Assembly: GCA_963802945.1 (NCBI GenBank)
Contig: CAWDKY010000017.1
Span: 64,001 to 128,000, forward strand
From: an uncultured delta proteobacterium
Lineage (GTDB): Bacteria; Desulfobacterota; RBG-13-43-22
Length of the DNA: 64,000 bases
Reading direction: 5' to 3'
In this document: positions 43,815-53,940 of the stretch, in pieces
How the letters are laid out: each line of letters starts with the position of its first letter
Numbering within the stretch: the first letter of the stretch is position 1
Made by a program: the position numbers and the translations under genes
The notes under the pieces: generated by a model
Database searches by the model: none
What the model was told of the DNA's origin: nothing
What the model saw: the letters and a program-made list of their open reading frames with translations, nothing else

Positions 43815-44467
43815 TGAAAATTGCTGATAACCTCTATGCCTTTATCTGGCGCAATCCCCAAGACAATAATTGCAACACTTATCTGATCAAAGGATCAAAA
43901 ACGATTCTTATCGATCCGGGACACATCCATCTTTTTGATCATGTCCGGTCCGGTCTTTGGGGTTTAAACCTTACACCCGATCAGATAGATCTGATTATCA
44001 TCACCCACGCTCATCCGGATCATCTGGAAGCGGCGGTTCTTTTCAGAAAACCCACCTTATTGACTATGAGCCTGGCCGAGTTTGAGTTTATCAAACAATG
44101 GTTCGGCCGTTATGGCCAAGAGGCAGGGACTGGTTTTGAACCTGATTTCTTCTTGCAGGATGGAGAATTAAACATAGGGGACCTGAGTTTCCAGGTGATG
44201 ACAACCCCCGGGCACTCACCGGGTTCCATCTGTCTCTACTGGCCAGAGCACAAGGCCTTATTTACCGGGGATTTGATTTTCAGCCAGGGCATAGGACGGG
44301 TTGATCTTCCGGGAGGAAACGGGGGTCTTTTAAAAGAAAGCATTCTACAAATCGCCGTTCTGGATATCGAGTATTTACTCAGCGGGCATGGAGAAGTGAT
44401 CAAAGGGAAAAAGGCCGTGGAGGCCAATTTCCGGATGATAGAAAGCAGCTGGTTCGATTACCTCTGA
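43814..44467 (+). CDS. MBL-fold metallo-hydrolase
   Basis: THAHPDH, TPGHSPGS, FTGD and SGHG motifs. Confidence 0.9.
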   Translation: MKIADNLYAFIWRNPQDNNCNTYLIKGSKTILIDPGHIHLFDHVRSGLWGLNLTPDQIDLIIITHAHPDHLEAAVLFRKPTLLTMSLAEFEFIKQWFGRYGQEAGTGFEPDFFLQDGELNIGDLSFQVMTTPGHSPGSICLYWPEHKALFTGDLIFSQGIGRVDLPGGNGGLLKESILQIAVLDIEYLLSGHGEVIKGKKAVEANFRMIESSWFDYL

Positions 44468-44612
44468 TGGCTTCGTAAAAAGGCCATCTACTTTGTTGCA
44501 CAGCGCCCTTTCCCGGCTTTCGCCGGGGCAGGCTTATTGCAGCGTACGAATAAGTACGCCTCACTCCTCAGGGCTTGTGCGCCTCGCCTCTGGACCTTTT
44601 TACAAAGCCATC
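44466..44612. mobile_element. MITE-like element, copy B
   Basis: 18-bp TIR GATGGCTTCGTAAAAAGG / CCTTTTTACAAAGCCATC; internal core related to copies A and C. Confidence 0.75.
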
Positions 44613-44622
44613 CCGATTTTGA

Positions 44623-44926
44623 ATTATTAAGGCTCTCAAAATAATATCAACATAATAGGACCTGGGGTCTTTTTGGGGGGGTTGTCCAAAGGGTAACATA
44701 TCGCGCCCTATCCCGGCCCGTCCAGCAAAGTTTGATTCGAGGCAGGACATACACCCTAGCCCGTTTCCAGCTCAGGTGAAGGCCTGCTTCTGATTTAGTT
44801 AAATAATTGGCCCGGCAAAGAAGCCCCCAGATTCAGGGTGGACAACCCCCCCCCAAAAGACCCCAGGTCCTATGTTAGGCAAGCCCATCCGCTTCATATC
44901 AAGATTATTATGAGACCCTTAATAAT
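44623..44926. mobile_element. Nested inverted-repeat element
   Basis: Outer 23-bp IR (44623-44645 / 44904-44926, 2 mismatches) enclosing an inner IR of about 34 bp (44655-44688 / 44839-44873). Confidence 0.75.
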
Positions 44927-44938
44927 CAACCGCTTTTA

Positions 44939-45442
44939 TTAAAGACCAACCAGTTTTTCTTTACAGACCTGTTTTTCCTGACCATAAAAACTCTTCCAGG
45001 CGGGATCGCGGTCCACATTGGGAATAACTGCCGGGCCTGAAATCCCTTGAACTGACAAATCCTTTTTCAAAAGATCTGCCTGGCGGTCCTTCCCCTCGTT
45101 CACTTTTTGGTTGAATGCCTCCAGAATTTTCATATAGGGCTTGCCTGATATTTTCAGGAGTTCGTTGATTAATTGAAATCTTTTTTCGTTATCCCCTTCA
45201 GGTTCCAACCCATTGATTAATTCCCATTTTAAAAATTTTTCCCATTTCGAAGGGTATTCCTTGCTTAAAAGTTCGCTCTTGAGCTTATCCATATCCACCC
45301 GATCGTCCAAAAATTTTTGAATCAAACCTTTAGCTTTTTTCAGCCATTCCTCCCGACGGATCCCTTCTTTTTCTTGCGGACTCATGGTTAAGCCCTTGGT
45401 CTTTTCCATGATTAGATCCAAGGTGCTTTTAATCTCGGCCAT
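44939..45442 (-). CDS. Conserved hypothetical protein
   Basis: MAEIKSTLDLIMEKT N-terminus and GISGPAVIPN motif; SD AGGTGG. Confidence 0.75.
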   Translation of the reverse strand: MAEIKSTLDLIMEKTKGLTMSPQEKEGIRREEWLKKAKGLIQKFLDDRVDMDKLKSELLSKEYPSKWEKFLKWELINGLEPEGDNEKRFQLINELLKISGKPYMKILEAFNQKVNEGKDRQADLLKKDLSVQGISGPAVIPNVDRDPAWKSFYGQEKQVCKEKLVGL

Positions 45443-45504
45443 TAACCACCTATCTCAAAATGAAAGTTTAGTAATTTCTCTCGTTTTGCTTTTTTACAAT
45501 GTTT

Positions 45505-45590
45505 AGAATTCAGAAGTCAGGAGTCAGAAGCTAGAATGAATCATTTTAAATCTCTTAAAGGATTTTTCCTTATTCTGGATTCTGGATTTC
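45505..45590. repeat. Inverted array of degenerate heptamer repeats
   Basis: agaattc agaagtc aggagtc agaagct followed by tattctg gattctg gatttcc. Confidence 0.65.
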
Positions 45591-45627
45591 CATTTTTTTG
45601 TTTCTCTCGTCGCCCGTCAATATTTCA

Positions 45628-46203
45628 TTAAGCATGTCCGACGGTTTCACCCAGCAGGCTGATGTCGATGCCAAGTAGTTTAGCAGACTGTTCCCAACGG
45701 TTTTCCGCCTGGGTCTTAAAAAGGATAGTTTCATTCACCGGGCTGGTCAGCCAGGCATTAGCCATGATTTCCGATTCTAACTGTCCTGGTCCCCAGCCAG
45801 CGCAACCCAAAGCGAAAATAAACTGACCTGGTCCTTTCCCTCGGGAGAGGGATTCTAGGATGTCTTTGGAGTTGCTCAAGGCCAGTGAAGGAGTTACCGG
45901 GTGGAAGCCCTCCCATTTAAAAGGTAGCCCATGGAGTATGAAGATCTGTCCTTTATGCACCGGGCCGCCTAAGTAGACTGGACTGGAATCCATATCAGGA
46001 CTGGATTCCAGCCCAAGTTCCTGAAAAACCGTCCCGCAGGTCAAATCAGGTAAAATCCGGTTTATGACCAATCCCAAGGCTCCTTCGAGGGAATGTTCAC
46101 ATATGCAGATTACGGATTGAAAAAAATTCGGGTCTAACAGACTGGGCATGGCAATGAGGAAATGGCCTTTAAGAGAAGATTCAGTTTCTTTTTTCCAACT
46201 CAT
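45628..46203 (-). CDS. YqgE/AlgH family protein
   Basis: FLIAMP..DPNF, GALGLVIN, GGPV and GWGPGQLESE motifs. Confidence 0.92.
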   Translation of the reverse strand: MSWKKETESSLKGHFLIAMPSLLDPNFFQSVICICEHSLEGALGLVINRILPDLTCGTVFQELGLESSPDMDSSPVYLGGPVHKGQIFILHGLPFKWEGFHPVTPSLALSNSKDILESLSRGKGPGQFIFALGCAGWGPGQLESEIMANAWLTSPVNETILFKTQAENRWEQSAKLLGIDISLLGETVGHA

Positions 46204-46572
46204 GGGGTCTCCAATGTAGGGTTTTTCTCAAGAGTAGAGTAGTCGCTTTGGGTCATCTCCGGGTCAAATCTTGAATAATGAGGTTCTTCTTGCCATTTAG
46301 TTGGTAGAAAGGAATCAAGGATTCAAAAGGTTAGATTAATCCTCGAACCTTCGAAGCCTCCTGGAATCGCCAACTCTTTTTAGATTAGAGATGATCTTTA
46401 ATTAATAACTAAACTCTTGCACTAATAACGAGGGATGTTTCCTTTTAAGATTGATGTCAAAATGAATTATGTTAACTATCCAGCTCATGTCTCCCAACTA
46501 CAACATTTCTCAGTTAAATCATTATATCTCACAAAATGATTTATCACTATTAGGCGGGTTTAATAGGGCCCG

Positions 46573-47487
46573 TTATATGGATTTTAATTTTTTCTGTGCC
46601 AGCTTGGCCCGACCGGATTTGGGGAATTCCTTGATGATTTTCTCCAGAAGGAGCCGGGCACTGCCGGTATCCTTCAAAGCGATGAAAGACAGGGCCTGCT
46701 TATACAGGGCTTCAGAAATAAACTTACTTTTAGGATAGGACTTGATTAATTTTTGATAGGCCAGAATGGCCTCTTCGTACTCTTTACTCCCGTAAAGAGA
46801 TTCGGCCAACCCGAATCGGGATTCTTCAACCTTTTTGCCTTTTGGAGCTTTTTTTAAATAGTCTTCATATTTTTTTTGGGCTCCTTCATAGGCCTGTTTT
46901 TTTAATAAGGCCGCGGCTTCCTCGTAGATTTCTTCCGGCGTTGTCTTGGCCTTCTCTTTTTCTTTAACCGGCTCTTTAACTTCCTTTTGATCCTCTTTGG
47001 AATCTCGGGTTATTTCTTTGGCCTTTTCCGGTTTAGACCCCGGTTCGGTGGGCGGTACCGGGGGGGTTGGAGGAGGAGGAAGAGGCGGCGGCATTTTTTC
47101 CAGACGTTGCAGTCGGTCTTGGAGGTCTTTCAGATCCTTGGGCAGAGATTCGCTTAGCTGCGCCTGCTCCTTTTTTTGGCTGTGTTCAAGGGCTTCGATA
47201 CGGCCCTGAAGGATCTGGATCTGCGCTTTGAGGGATTCAAACTGAATCGTGGAATCGGCTTGATTTTGGAGGACTGGTTGCAACTGGGAATCCGTTTTTT
47301 TTTCGGTTTGTTCTATGCGTCGGGAAAGCTTGGTTGTTGTTTCTTCATTCGAATCTCTAAATTGATACAGATTCCGTTCCAAAGAAGAGGTCCTGTTGGC
47401 CAGGATAATAATATCTTCCCTGGTGGCACAACCGGCCAGAATCATGAAAAGAAAACCAATCCACATCAGCCGATATAGAAACTTCAC
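46573..47487 (-). CDS. cpoB: Tol-Pal system protein CpoB/YbgF
   Basis: Lipobox LAGC, coiled coil, Pro-rich linker and C-terminal TPRs; follows pal; GTG 47487 with SD GGAGG. Confidence 0.85.
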   Translation of the reverse strand: MKFLYRLMWIGFLFMILAGCATREDIIILANRTSSLERNLYQFRDSNEETTTKLSRRIEQTEKKTDSQLQPVLQNQADSTIQFESLKAQIQILQGRIEALEHSQKKEQAQLSESLPKDLKDLQDRLQRLEKMPPPLPPPPTPPVPPTEPGSKPEKAKEITRDSKEDQKEVKEPVKEKEKAKTTPEEIYEEAAALLKKQAYEGAQKKYEDYLKKAPKGKKVEESRFGLAESLYGSKEYEEAILAYQKLIKSYPKSKFISEALYKQALSFIALKDTGSARLLLEKIIKEFPKSGRAKLAQKKLKSI

Positions 47488-47514
47488 GCTTAAACCTCCC
47501 TTTCCAACGACAAT

Positions 47515-47602
47515 AGGGTCAAGTATTCGAGGATTCAAGGGGGTTTTAATTTCCAAGACTTTCACTCGAATCCCTGACCCCTAGGCCCTTTGAATCCTTC
47601 GA
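47515..47602. repeat. Inverted array of degenerate octamer repeats
   Basis: gggtcaag tattcgag gattcaag followed by ctcgaatc cctgaccc ctaggccc tttgaatc. Confidence 0.65.
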
Positions 47603-47666
47603 TTCATTATCATGTTTCATGGCCCCAACTTCAGACGGGCATAAGAGTTAGATACGAAAAAACATT

Positions 47667-48257
47667 TTATTTTAATACAAAATGAGCCCGGCGATTTTTA
47701 GCCCAAGCGGCTTCTGTGTGCCCTAGGTCTATAGGTTTTTCCTTGCCGAAACTGATGGTTGACAATCGGTTGGCGCTGATCCCCAGGGACACCAAGTACT
47801 GCATGGCCGCATCGGCCCTTTTCTGCCCCAGGGCCAGGTTATATTCGGCGCTTCCCCTTTCGTCACAATGGCCTTCGATCAATGCCTTGGCCGCCGGGAA
47901 GTCTTTTAACCACTGGGCTTTTTTATTTAAATTTTGTTTGGCCGTATCCGATAAGATATACTGATCAAATTCAAAATAGATATCCTCGGATTCAAAATGG
48001 GCCTTATCAGAGGCTGCCTGCAAACGCTTAGCCTCTTCTTCTCTCAGGGCTCTTTCCCTCAACTCCTGTTCGGAAAGTTCCTGTTCTTTAATACGTACCC
48101 GTTTCTTGGCCTTTTCCGCCTCATCCTCCACGGCGGTGGGGGGCTGGGAAACAATCCCTTCGCTTTTGACCGCCTTTTTACTGCAAGAATAAAGAAAAAG
48201 ACTGGAAATAAAAAACACCAAGATCAATGCCCAAAAACCGGTTTGTTTTGCCTTCAC
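47667..48257 (-). CDS. pal: Peptidoglycan-associated lipoprotein
   Basis: IEGHCDERGSAEYNLALGQKRA and AKNRRA motifs. Confidence 0.95.
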   Translation of the reverse strand: MKAKQTGFWALILVFFISSLFLYSCSKKAVKSEGIVSQPPTAVEDEAEKAKKRVRIKEQELSEQELRERALREEEAKRLQAASDKAHFESEDIYFEFDQYILSDTAKQNLNKKAQWLKDFPAAKALIEGHCDERGSAEYNLALGQKRADAAMQYLVSLGISANRLSTISFGKEKPIDLGHTEAAWAKNRRAHFVLK

Positions 48258-48355
48258 AGTGCCATCCTCCTTTTGGAATAAAAATTAACTGATTGTATCT
48301 CATTTTAGGAAGAAATTATAGTTAAAAAGTTTAAAAATGTTAAAAAAAGATAGTC

Positions 48356-49675
48356 CTATTCACCCAATTTTCTGGGACACCAGGAAGGGCTGGTTTGTTC
48401 TCCGGACAAATAAGTGATCCGCTTTTGATTGGCTCCATTGGTATTCATGACATAAATAGCCGACTTGCCGTGCCTGTTGGAACTGAAAATGATCATCCCG
48501 CCATCCGGAGAGAAGTCTGGGGACTCGTTGTTTCCCGAAGCGGTCAGCCGTTGGGGGTCACCGCCGGAAGGAGAAATAGTAAAAATCTGGAATTGACTTC
48601 CAACCCTACCAGCATAGGCGATCAGATTACCTTTGGGGGACCATACCGGGCCGACGTTATAATTGCCTTGAAATGTTAGCCGCCTTACTTCAAGTGTAGC
48701 GACATTCAAAATATAAATCTGTGGGCTCCCGGAGCGGTTGGAGACAAAAGCCATTTGTTTCCCATCCGGAGACCAGCTCGGGGAGACTTCTATGCCCCAG
48801 CTTTGAGTTAATTTTCGGATAGAGGTCCCATTACGATTCAGGTGAAGGATTTGGGAAGTACCTTGATAATTCAAGGCAACGGCTAAAGATTCTCCGTCCG
48901 GATACCAGGCAGGGGTGATATTGACCCCGGGATGGCTCGATATCCTGCTGGATTGCAGCCCTGGGAGATGAAGCAGATATACGACCGGGGTTCCGTCCTT
49001 GTAGGAGGTGTAGGCAATCTCGTCGCCTCGAGGAGACCAGCGGGGGGTCAGGGTGATGGAATTGTGATTGGTTAAACGTTGGGAATTACTTCCGTCAAAA
49101 TCTGCGGAATAGATTTCTTTTTTCCCGGTTGTGGTGGAGATAAAGGCGATCTTTGTTTGGAACGGGCCATGTTCTCCGGTCAGCAGGAACAGGATCTCGT
49201 CGGCAAAACGATGGATCGCCAACGGGTAATCCCTGGATGAAACCTGATATTCTTTTCCCAATATAGACTTGCCCTGCAGGAGGTCATACAGCCTCATTTC
49301 CAGCTTGAGTTGAGCCCCTGATAGGTAATAAGTTCCTTTAACCAATAAATCGGCACCGGTCAAAGTCCAGGCATTGAAATCTATGGATCCTGGTTCGTCG
49401 GGGCGTCCCAGAAATCCCTTGGGATCGATTGTTTGAAAATAGCCTGTAAAAACAAGATCCCGCATCAAGAGGGATGCAGTTGCATTTCCCAAGGCGGCAT
49501 CCAAAGCCCCTTGATTTTTAAAATCCGGAATGACAATCGGGATTTTTTTTGCAGTGGGAGAATCGATGTTGAGATAAACCCGGTCAGAATGGGCATAAGG
49601 GACAACCAAAAAGCCAAGGCCGGATATGGCCGTCAGGGCAAATATCAGGGAGAATTTCAGGATTGATTTGCACAT
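48356..49675 (-). CDS. tolB: Tol-Pal beta-propeller protein TolB
   Basis: HRFADEI, TKIAF and repeated WSPDG (PD40) motifs. Confidence 0.93.
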   Translation of the reverse strand: MCKSILKFSLIFALTAISGLGFLVVPYAHSDRVYLNIDSPTAKKIPIVIPDFKNQGALDAALGNATASLLMRDLVFTGYFQTIDPKGFLGRPDEPGSIDFNAWTLTGADLLVKGTYYLSGAQLKLEMRLYDLLQGKSILGKEYQVSSRDYPLAIHRFADEILFLLTGEHGPFQTKIAFISTTTGKKEIYSADFDGSNSQRLTNHNSITLTPRWSPRGDEIAYTSYKDGTPVVYLLHLPGLQSSRISSHPGVNITPAWYPDGESLAVALNYQGTSQILHLNRNGTSIRKLTQSWGIEVSPSWSPDGKQMAFVSNRSGSPQIYILNVATLEVRRLTFQGNYNVGPVWSPKGNLIAYAGRVGSQFQIFTISPSGGDPQRLTASGNNESPDFSPDGGMIIFSSNRHGKSAIYVMNTNGANQKRITYLSGEQTSPSWCPRKLGE

Positions 49676-50533
49676 TTAATTTCCAGACAGATCTTTGGAG
49701 TAAAAGGTTAAACCAAAATCATAACTGTTTTTAGGATAGCCTTCGGGCAAGGCTGGCAAGGGATCGGATTTTTTTAAAGTCCTAAGAACTTCCTGGTCAA
49801 AGGCCTCTATCCCGGATTTCCGTTCGAACCGATAATTTTCGATGCGGCCATTTCGGTTGATGTTAAGGATGACAACGGCTGAGATGTCTTTCCTTTTTAT
49901 TAGCCCTTCAGGTAAAACCCAATTTTTTTTAATCCGACTCAGCAAAGAGGCATGATATAACTGCAATTGAATCCCCAGACCATCCTGCAACCCTTGACCG
50001 TAAGAAGAGACGTTCCCTGGACCGCCGGGCCCTGCCCCTTGCCCGGCCGGGGAAGCCGACTGTTTTTTCTTTTCGAGTTGAGTCAAAGCCCTTTCCAGCG
50101 TTTGTTCATTTTTGACCTTGTCTTCCAGCCGGCCTAAGGTCTTTCCCAGGGATTTTTCCTGTTGGACCTTTTTCTTCAATTGTTCCATGGCCTGATCTAA
50201 AGTCTTTGACCGGTCTTCAACCTTAAGAGGTTTTTCCTGAACCGGCTTGGGGATGGAGACGGGTTTGGATTCTTCCCGGGAGAAAGGCGGAGAAGGGGCT
50301 ACGATGGGTTGTTCTGATTTTTGAATACTGCCGATCGGTCCACTGCCGGGCAAGGAGACCAAATTAACAATATAGGACGGCTCTATTTTTTTGGCTGTGC
50401 CCCCCCCTCCTGGAAAAATATTCAGGAAGATGGCCAGGGCGAAAAGGTGAAGGCCAAGAGAAATGGAAATCATCTTCATCCATTGTTTTTCCCAGGAAGG
50501 TCTATTCCAGGAAGAAAACGTCTTGACGGTCAT
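49676..50533 (-). CDS. tolA: TolA/TonB-family energy transducer
   Basis: TM helix with SLGLH motif, coiled coil and C-terminal TonB_2-like domain; lies between tolR and tolB. Confidence 0.85.
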   Translation of the reverse strand: MTVKTFSSWNRPSWEKQWMKMISISLGLHLFALAIFLNIFPGGGGTAKKIEPSYIVNLVSLPGSGPIGSIQKSEQPIVAPSPPFSREESKPVSIPKPVQEKPLKVEDRSKTLDQAMEQLKKKVQQEKSLGKTLGRLEDKVKNEQTLERALTQLEKKKQSASPAGQGAGPGGPGNVSSYGQGLQDGLGIQLQLYHASLLSRIKKNWVLPEGLIKRKDISAVVILNINRNGRIENYRFERKSGIEAFDQEVLRTLKKSDPLPALPEGYPKNSYDFGLTFYSKDLSGN

Positions 50534-50943
50534 TTCTTTTCTTCAGTTGGCTCGGTTACCATGCCCAGTTTCTCAATGCCTGAATTCTTAATGTCGCTCA
50601 TGATTTGAACGACAAAACCGTAGGGAAGGGATCGGTCGGCCCGCAAAAAGACCTCCCCCTCTTTTTTATTTTGATAAAGAATCTTTAATTTTTCCTGCAG
50701 TTCCTCGCGACTGACCCGGTATTCATTGATAAAGATTTCCTGTTTTTTGTTCAGCGTGATGACCAGCCGTTCATCCTGAGAGGGGATGGCTTTGGCTTGG
50801 GTTTGGGGGAGTTGGACATCCATGCCCTGCATCATCATCGGCGCCGTTACCATAAAGATGATCAGCAGGACCAGCATAACGTCCACCAGAGGCGTTACAT
50901 TGATCTCCGACATTAATTTTCTATCGCCGCCGCCGACATCCAT
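50530..50943 (-). CDS. tolR: TolR
   Basis: SEINVTPLVDVMLVLLIIFMVTAP motif. Confidence 0.93.
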   Translation of the reverse strand: MDVGGGDRKLMSEINVTPLVDVMLVLLIIFMVTAPMMMQGMDVQLPQTQAKAIPSQDERLVITLNKKQEIFINEYRVSREELQEKLKILYQNKKEGEVFLRADRSLPYGFVVQIMSDIKNSGIEKLGMVTEPTEEKK

Positions 50944-50954
50944 AATGCTGCCCC

Positions 50955-51692
50955 TTATTTTTTTAGGCCTGCCTTTTTAAACTGGTCCCTCTCGATAATG
51001 TTCAAAAAATCGGAACTAAAAGTTATTCATCTCCGATTCCAGAACACGAACCTGATTGGAAAAATAGTTATAGCCGATCACCGCTGGGATGGCGGCCGCC
51101 AGACCGGTGGCCGTGGCGATCAGGGCCTCGGAGATCCCCGGAGCGACCACCGCCAGACTGGCCCCCCCTCGAAGACCAATACTCTGAAAGGAATTCATGA
51201 TGCCCCAGACCGTGCCGAAAAGCCCGATGAAAGGAGAAGTATTTCCCGTAGTGGCCAGGAAGGTCAGGGCATATCCCAACCGGGTGACCTGAGAATTCAT
51301 GGCCGCCCGCATGGCTCGAGGGATATTTTCAAAGCGGACCAGACTAGTGGAAAGGATATCCGGTGCTTCTCTTTGGGTGATCTCTTCGGTTTCCTGCTGC
51401 ATTTGTAAAGCCTTCCCAATTCTTGATAACCGACTCGAAAAACCTCAGCCACGGGACTGTAGTGAAGGTTTTTGGATTCCATGTAGGCCACGGCCAGACT
51501 TTTACTTTTCCAGAAAATCTCCTGAAAGAGGTTGGTCTCCTTTCTAGCCCTGTGGATAATCCGGTATTTCATAAAAATGATCGACCAGGAGATGATGGAA
51601 AAGGATAAAAGCAAAAAAAGGACCAGTTTGACCATTGGTCCGGCATTCCAAACCATGGAAAATATTTCGTTTTGATTAATCATCGAACTCAT
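50955..51692 (-). CDS. tolQ: TolQ, split by two homopolymer indels (about 51404 and 51019)
   Basis: SIISWSII, SPFIGLFGTVWGIM and VAPGISEALIATA; the corrected tail reads NNFSSDFLNIIERDQFKKAGLKK*. Confidence 0.9.
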
Positions 51693-51893
51693 GCGATTCC
51701 TTTTCTTTATAAACTTTTATTTTCTCTCCTTTGATGCCCAAAGAATGAAGCCCTAAGGAAGAAAGGAAGGGATGCTGATATTATTGATTGGCGGAAGTCT
51801 CCTTTTGAATAACCGGATAGAGTTCCCGAAAGAGGATGGGTTCCAAAAAGACAACACCGGGTTTCATGATTCCCTGGTGGGCGCAAAAAAATA

Positions 51894-52319
51894 TTATTCT
51901 TCCTCTTCCTCCTCCTCTATCGGCTCCTCTCCGATAATCTCCTTAAGGTATTCATCATATTCTTCGGCTGTCAGCAGTTCATAATATTCCGTCGTGGACG
52001 TGACATCGATTCGAATGATCCAACCGTCTTGATAGGGGTCTTCATTGATGATTTCCGGGGAGTCCGGAAGTTCATGGTTGATTTCGACAATTTCCCCGCT
52101 CAAAGGAGAAAAGAGATCAATCCCTCCATCTTGAGATTCTAATGAACCAAAAGATTCGTCTTTGACCACTTCCTCCCCTTCTTCAGGAAGGGTAATCCCG
52201 GAAATTTCTCCCAGATCTTCCTGGGCATAATCGCTGATTCCGATGGTGATACGGTTGTCGTCATCCAAGCGTGCCCAGGCATGATCCTTACTGTATCTTA
52301 GCTCTTCTAAGATAACCAA
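51894..52319 (-). CDS. Glycine cleavage H-protein homologue lacking the lipoyl-lysine
   Basis: LRYSKDHAW, IGISDYAQEDLG, SPLSGEIVEIN and INEDPYQDGWI motifs; ESQDG where ESVKA is expected. Confidence 0.85.
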   Translation of the reverse strand: MVILEELRYSKDHAWARLDDDNRITIGISDYAQEDLGEISGITLPEEGEEVVKDESFGSLESQDGGIDLFSPLSGEIVEINHELPDSPEIINEDPYQDGWIIRIDVTSTTEYYELLTAEEYDEYLKEIIGEEPIEEEEEEE

Positions 52320-52540
52320 AATGGTCCCCCTTGTTCCAGTGATTTAGGATCTTTTCTCCTCTTGATTCTTTAGAATTAAATTATTTTTATTATTAACCCC
52401 TCATTTCCGCTTAATGACTGGGGCGCAGAGGAACATAAAAATTATTCTAAGGATTTAAGTCCCGCCACCGGCGGGATCGAACCCTATTTTCTTATTAAAT
52501 TGAGGTCTAATATAACCAAGTAAAATTAGCAAGTTTTTTT

Positions 52541-53311
52541 TTAGCTGGGAGGGATTTTTTTGTTCTTTAAATAACAAGCTGAGATCATTGAAAAAAAGAC
52601 TAAGAAAATACTGATATATTGCGTATCGGACCAACCTCCCCCCAAAAGAGTTCCCCGATAATCTCCCCTGAAAAATTCCAAGGCCCAACGCCCGAGACCG
52701 TATAAAAAAAGATAAAAAAGGAGGACCCGTCCCGGGAATCCTGGCCTATTCTTAAGAAACCATAAAATAAAAAAAATAATCAGGGCGGTTAGGGCCTCAT
52801 AAAGCTGTGTGGGGTGCAGTGCAATTCCGGTCGGGGCCAAGGAATCGGGATGAGTGAAAATGACTCCCCAGGGCAGGTTGGTTGGCTGTCCAAAGCAGCA
52901 ACCGGCAGCGAAGCAGCCCAGGCGGCCGAACACCTGGCCAATGGCGATGGAAGGGGCCAGCAGATCGGCTGTTTCCCAGAAAGGCAGTTTCTGTTTCCGT
53001 AGGTACCAAAGACCGGTCAGAAAGGAAAGGATCAATCCCCCATAAAAGACCAGGCCTCCTTCCCAGATCTTGAAAAAGTCCAAGGGGTGTTTAAGATAAT
53101 GTTGATAATTGATTACTACATAGAGGAGTCGCGCCCCAACGATGGCTGAAAGGATGACATAAAAGGAAAGGTCCAGGATTTTTTCAATCGGGATCCCTTT
53201 TCGACGGGTCTCTTTGACAGCCAGTCCTATACCCAGCAGAAAACCGACTGCAATAAAAAGGCCGTAACTGTGAAAAGAAAAACTTCCGAGTTGAAAAAGG
53301 ATCGGGAACAC
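52541..53311 (-). CDS. lgt: Prolipoprotein diacylglyceryl transferase
   Basis: GARLLYV, WEGGLVFYGG, GRLGCF, HPTQLYE and EFFRGD motifs. Confidence 0.95.
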   Translation of the reverse strand: MFPILFQLGSFSFHSYGLFIAVGFLLGIGLAVKETRRKGIPIEKILDLSFYVILSAIVGARLLYVVINYQHYLKHPLDFFKIWEGGLVFYGGLILSFLTGLWYLRKQKLPFWETADLLAPSIAIGQVFGRLGCFAAGCCFGQPTNLPWGVIFTHPDSLAPTGIALHPTQLYEALTALIIFFILWFLKNRPGFPGRVLLFYLFLYGLGRWALEFFRGDYRGTLLGGGWSDTQYISIFLVFFSMISACYLKNKKIPPS

Positions 53312-53313
53312 CT

Positions 53314-53826
53314 TCAGACCTCTTTCGTAACCATATAGCTGAATACCAGGAAAAGGACTCCCAGGGTGATGGCCGAGTCGGCCACATTAAAGGCTGGCCA
53401 ATGATATTTCCCCCAGTAGATATCCAGAAAATCGACAACCGCCTGGAAACGGAAGCGGTCGAGCAAATTTCCCAGGGCCCCTCCAATAATCCCCCCCAAG
53501 GCCAAAAGGATGCCTGCTTTTTGTTGAGGATAATAAAAGGCAAAGATCAGGATACCGGACATAGCTGCAATGGGGAACAGAAGCAGTAAGATATCTCTCC
53601 AGACAGGGGCTGATCCCCCCAGGATTCCAAAAGCTATACCATTATTTTGAATATGGACCAGATTGAAAAGACCGGGGATCACCGGTCTGGAATAGTATAG
53701 GGGAAATTGAGTGATAATATATTCCTTGGTTGCTATATCCAGGATAAGCACTCCGAGACAGGAAAGGCCTAAAAGCCAATATTTTTTCATGCCCATAGAG
53801 ATCCTTTGGTCAATTGTTAAATCCAA
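53314..53826 (-). CDS. lspA: Lipoprotein signal peptidase (start possibly 53796 or 53790)
   Basis: NNGIAFG, GALGNLLDR, VVDF and WPAFNVADSAI motifs. Confidence 0.95.
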   Translation of the reverse strand: MDLTIDQRISMGMKKYWLLGLSCLGVLILDIATKEYIITQFPLYYSRPVIPGLFNLVHIQNNGIAFGILGGSAPVWRDILLLLFPIAAMSGILIFAFYYPQQKAGILLALGGIIGGALGNLLDRFRFQAVVDFLDIYWGKYHWPAFNVADSAITLGVLFLVFSYMVTKEV

Positions 53827-53872
53827 ATATTATTTGGCCTTGAATTCAATGAATTTATTTCAAGCCATTTCA

Positions 53873-53940
53873 AATGGAGTATTGGATTATTGGATTTTTC
53901 CAAACCATTATTCCATTCTTCCACTACTCCATTACTCCAC
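53873..53940. repeat. Inverted array of degenerate octamer repeats overlapping the ileS stop
   Basis: atggagta ttggatta ttggattt followed by ccattatt ccattctt ccactact ccattact. Confidence 0.65.

Noticed and set aside
52455-52490. tRNA-like string GGGATCGAACCC (also GGAACTCGAATCC near 19475)
   Set aside because: No cloverleaf can be built; the mini-hairpin family explains these strings.
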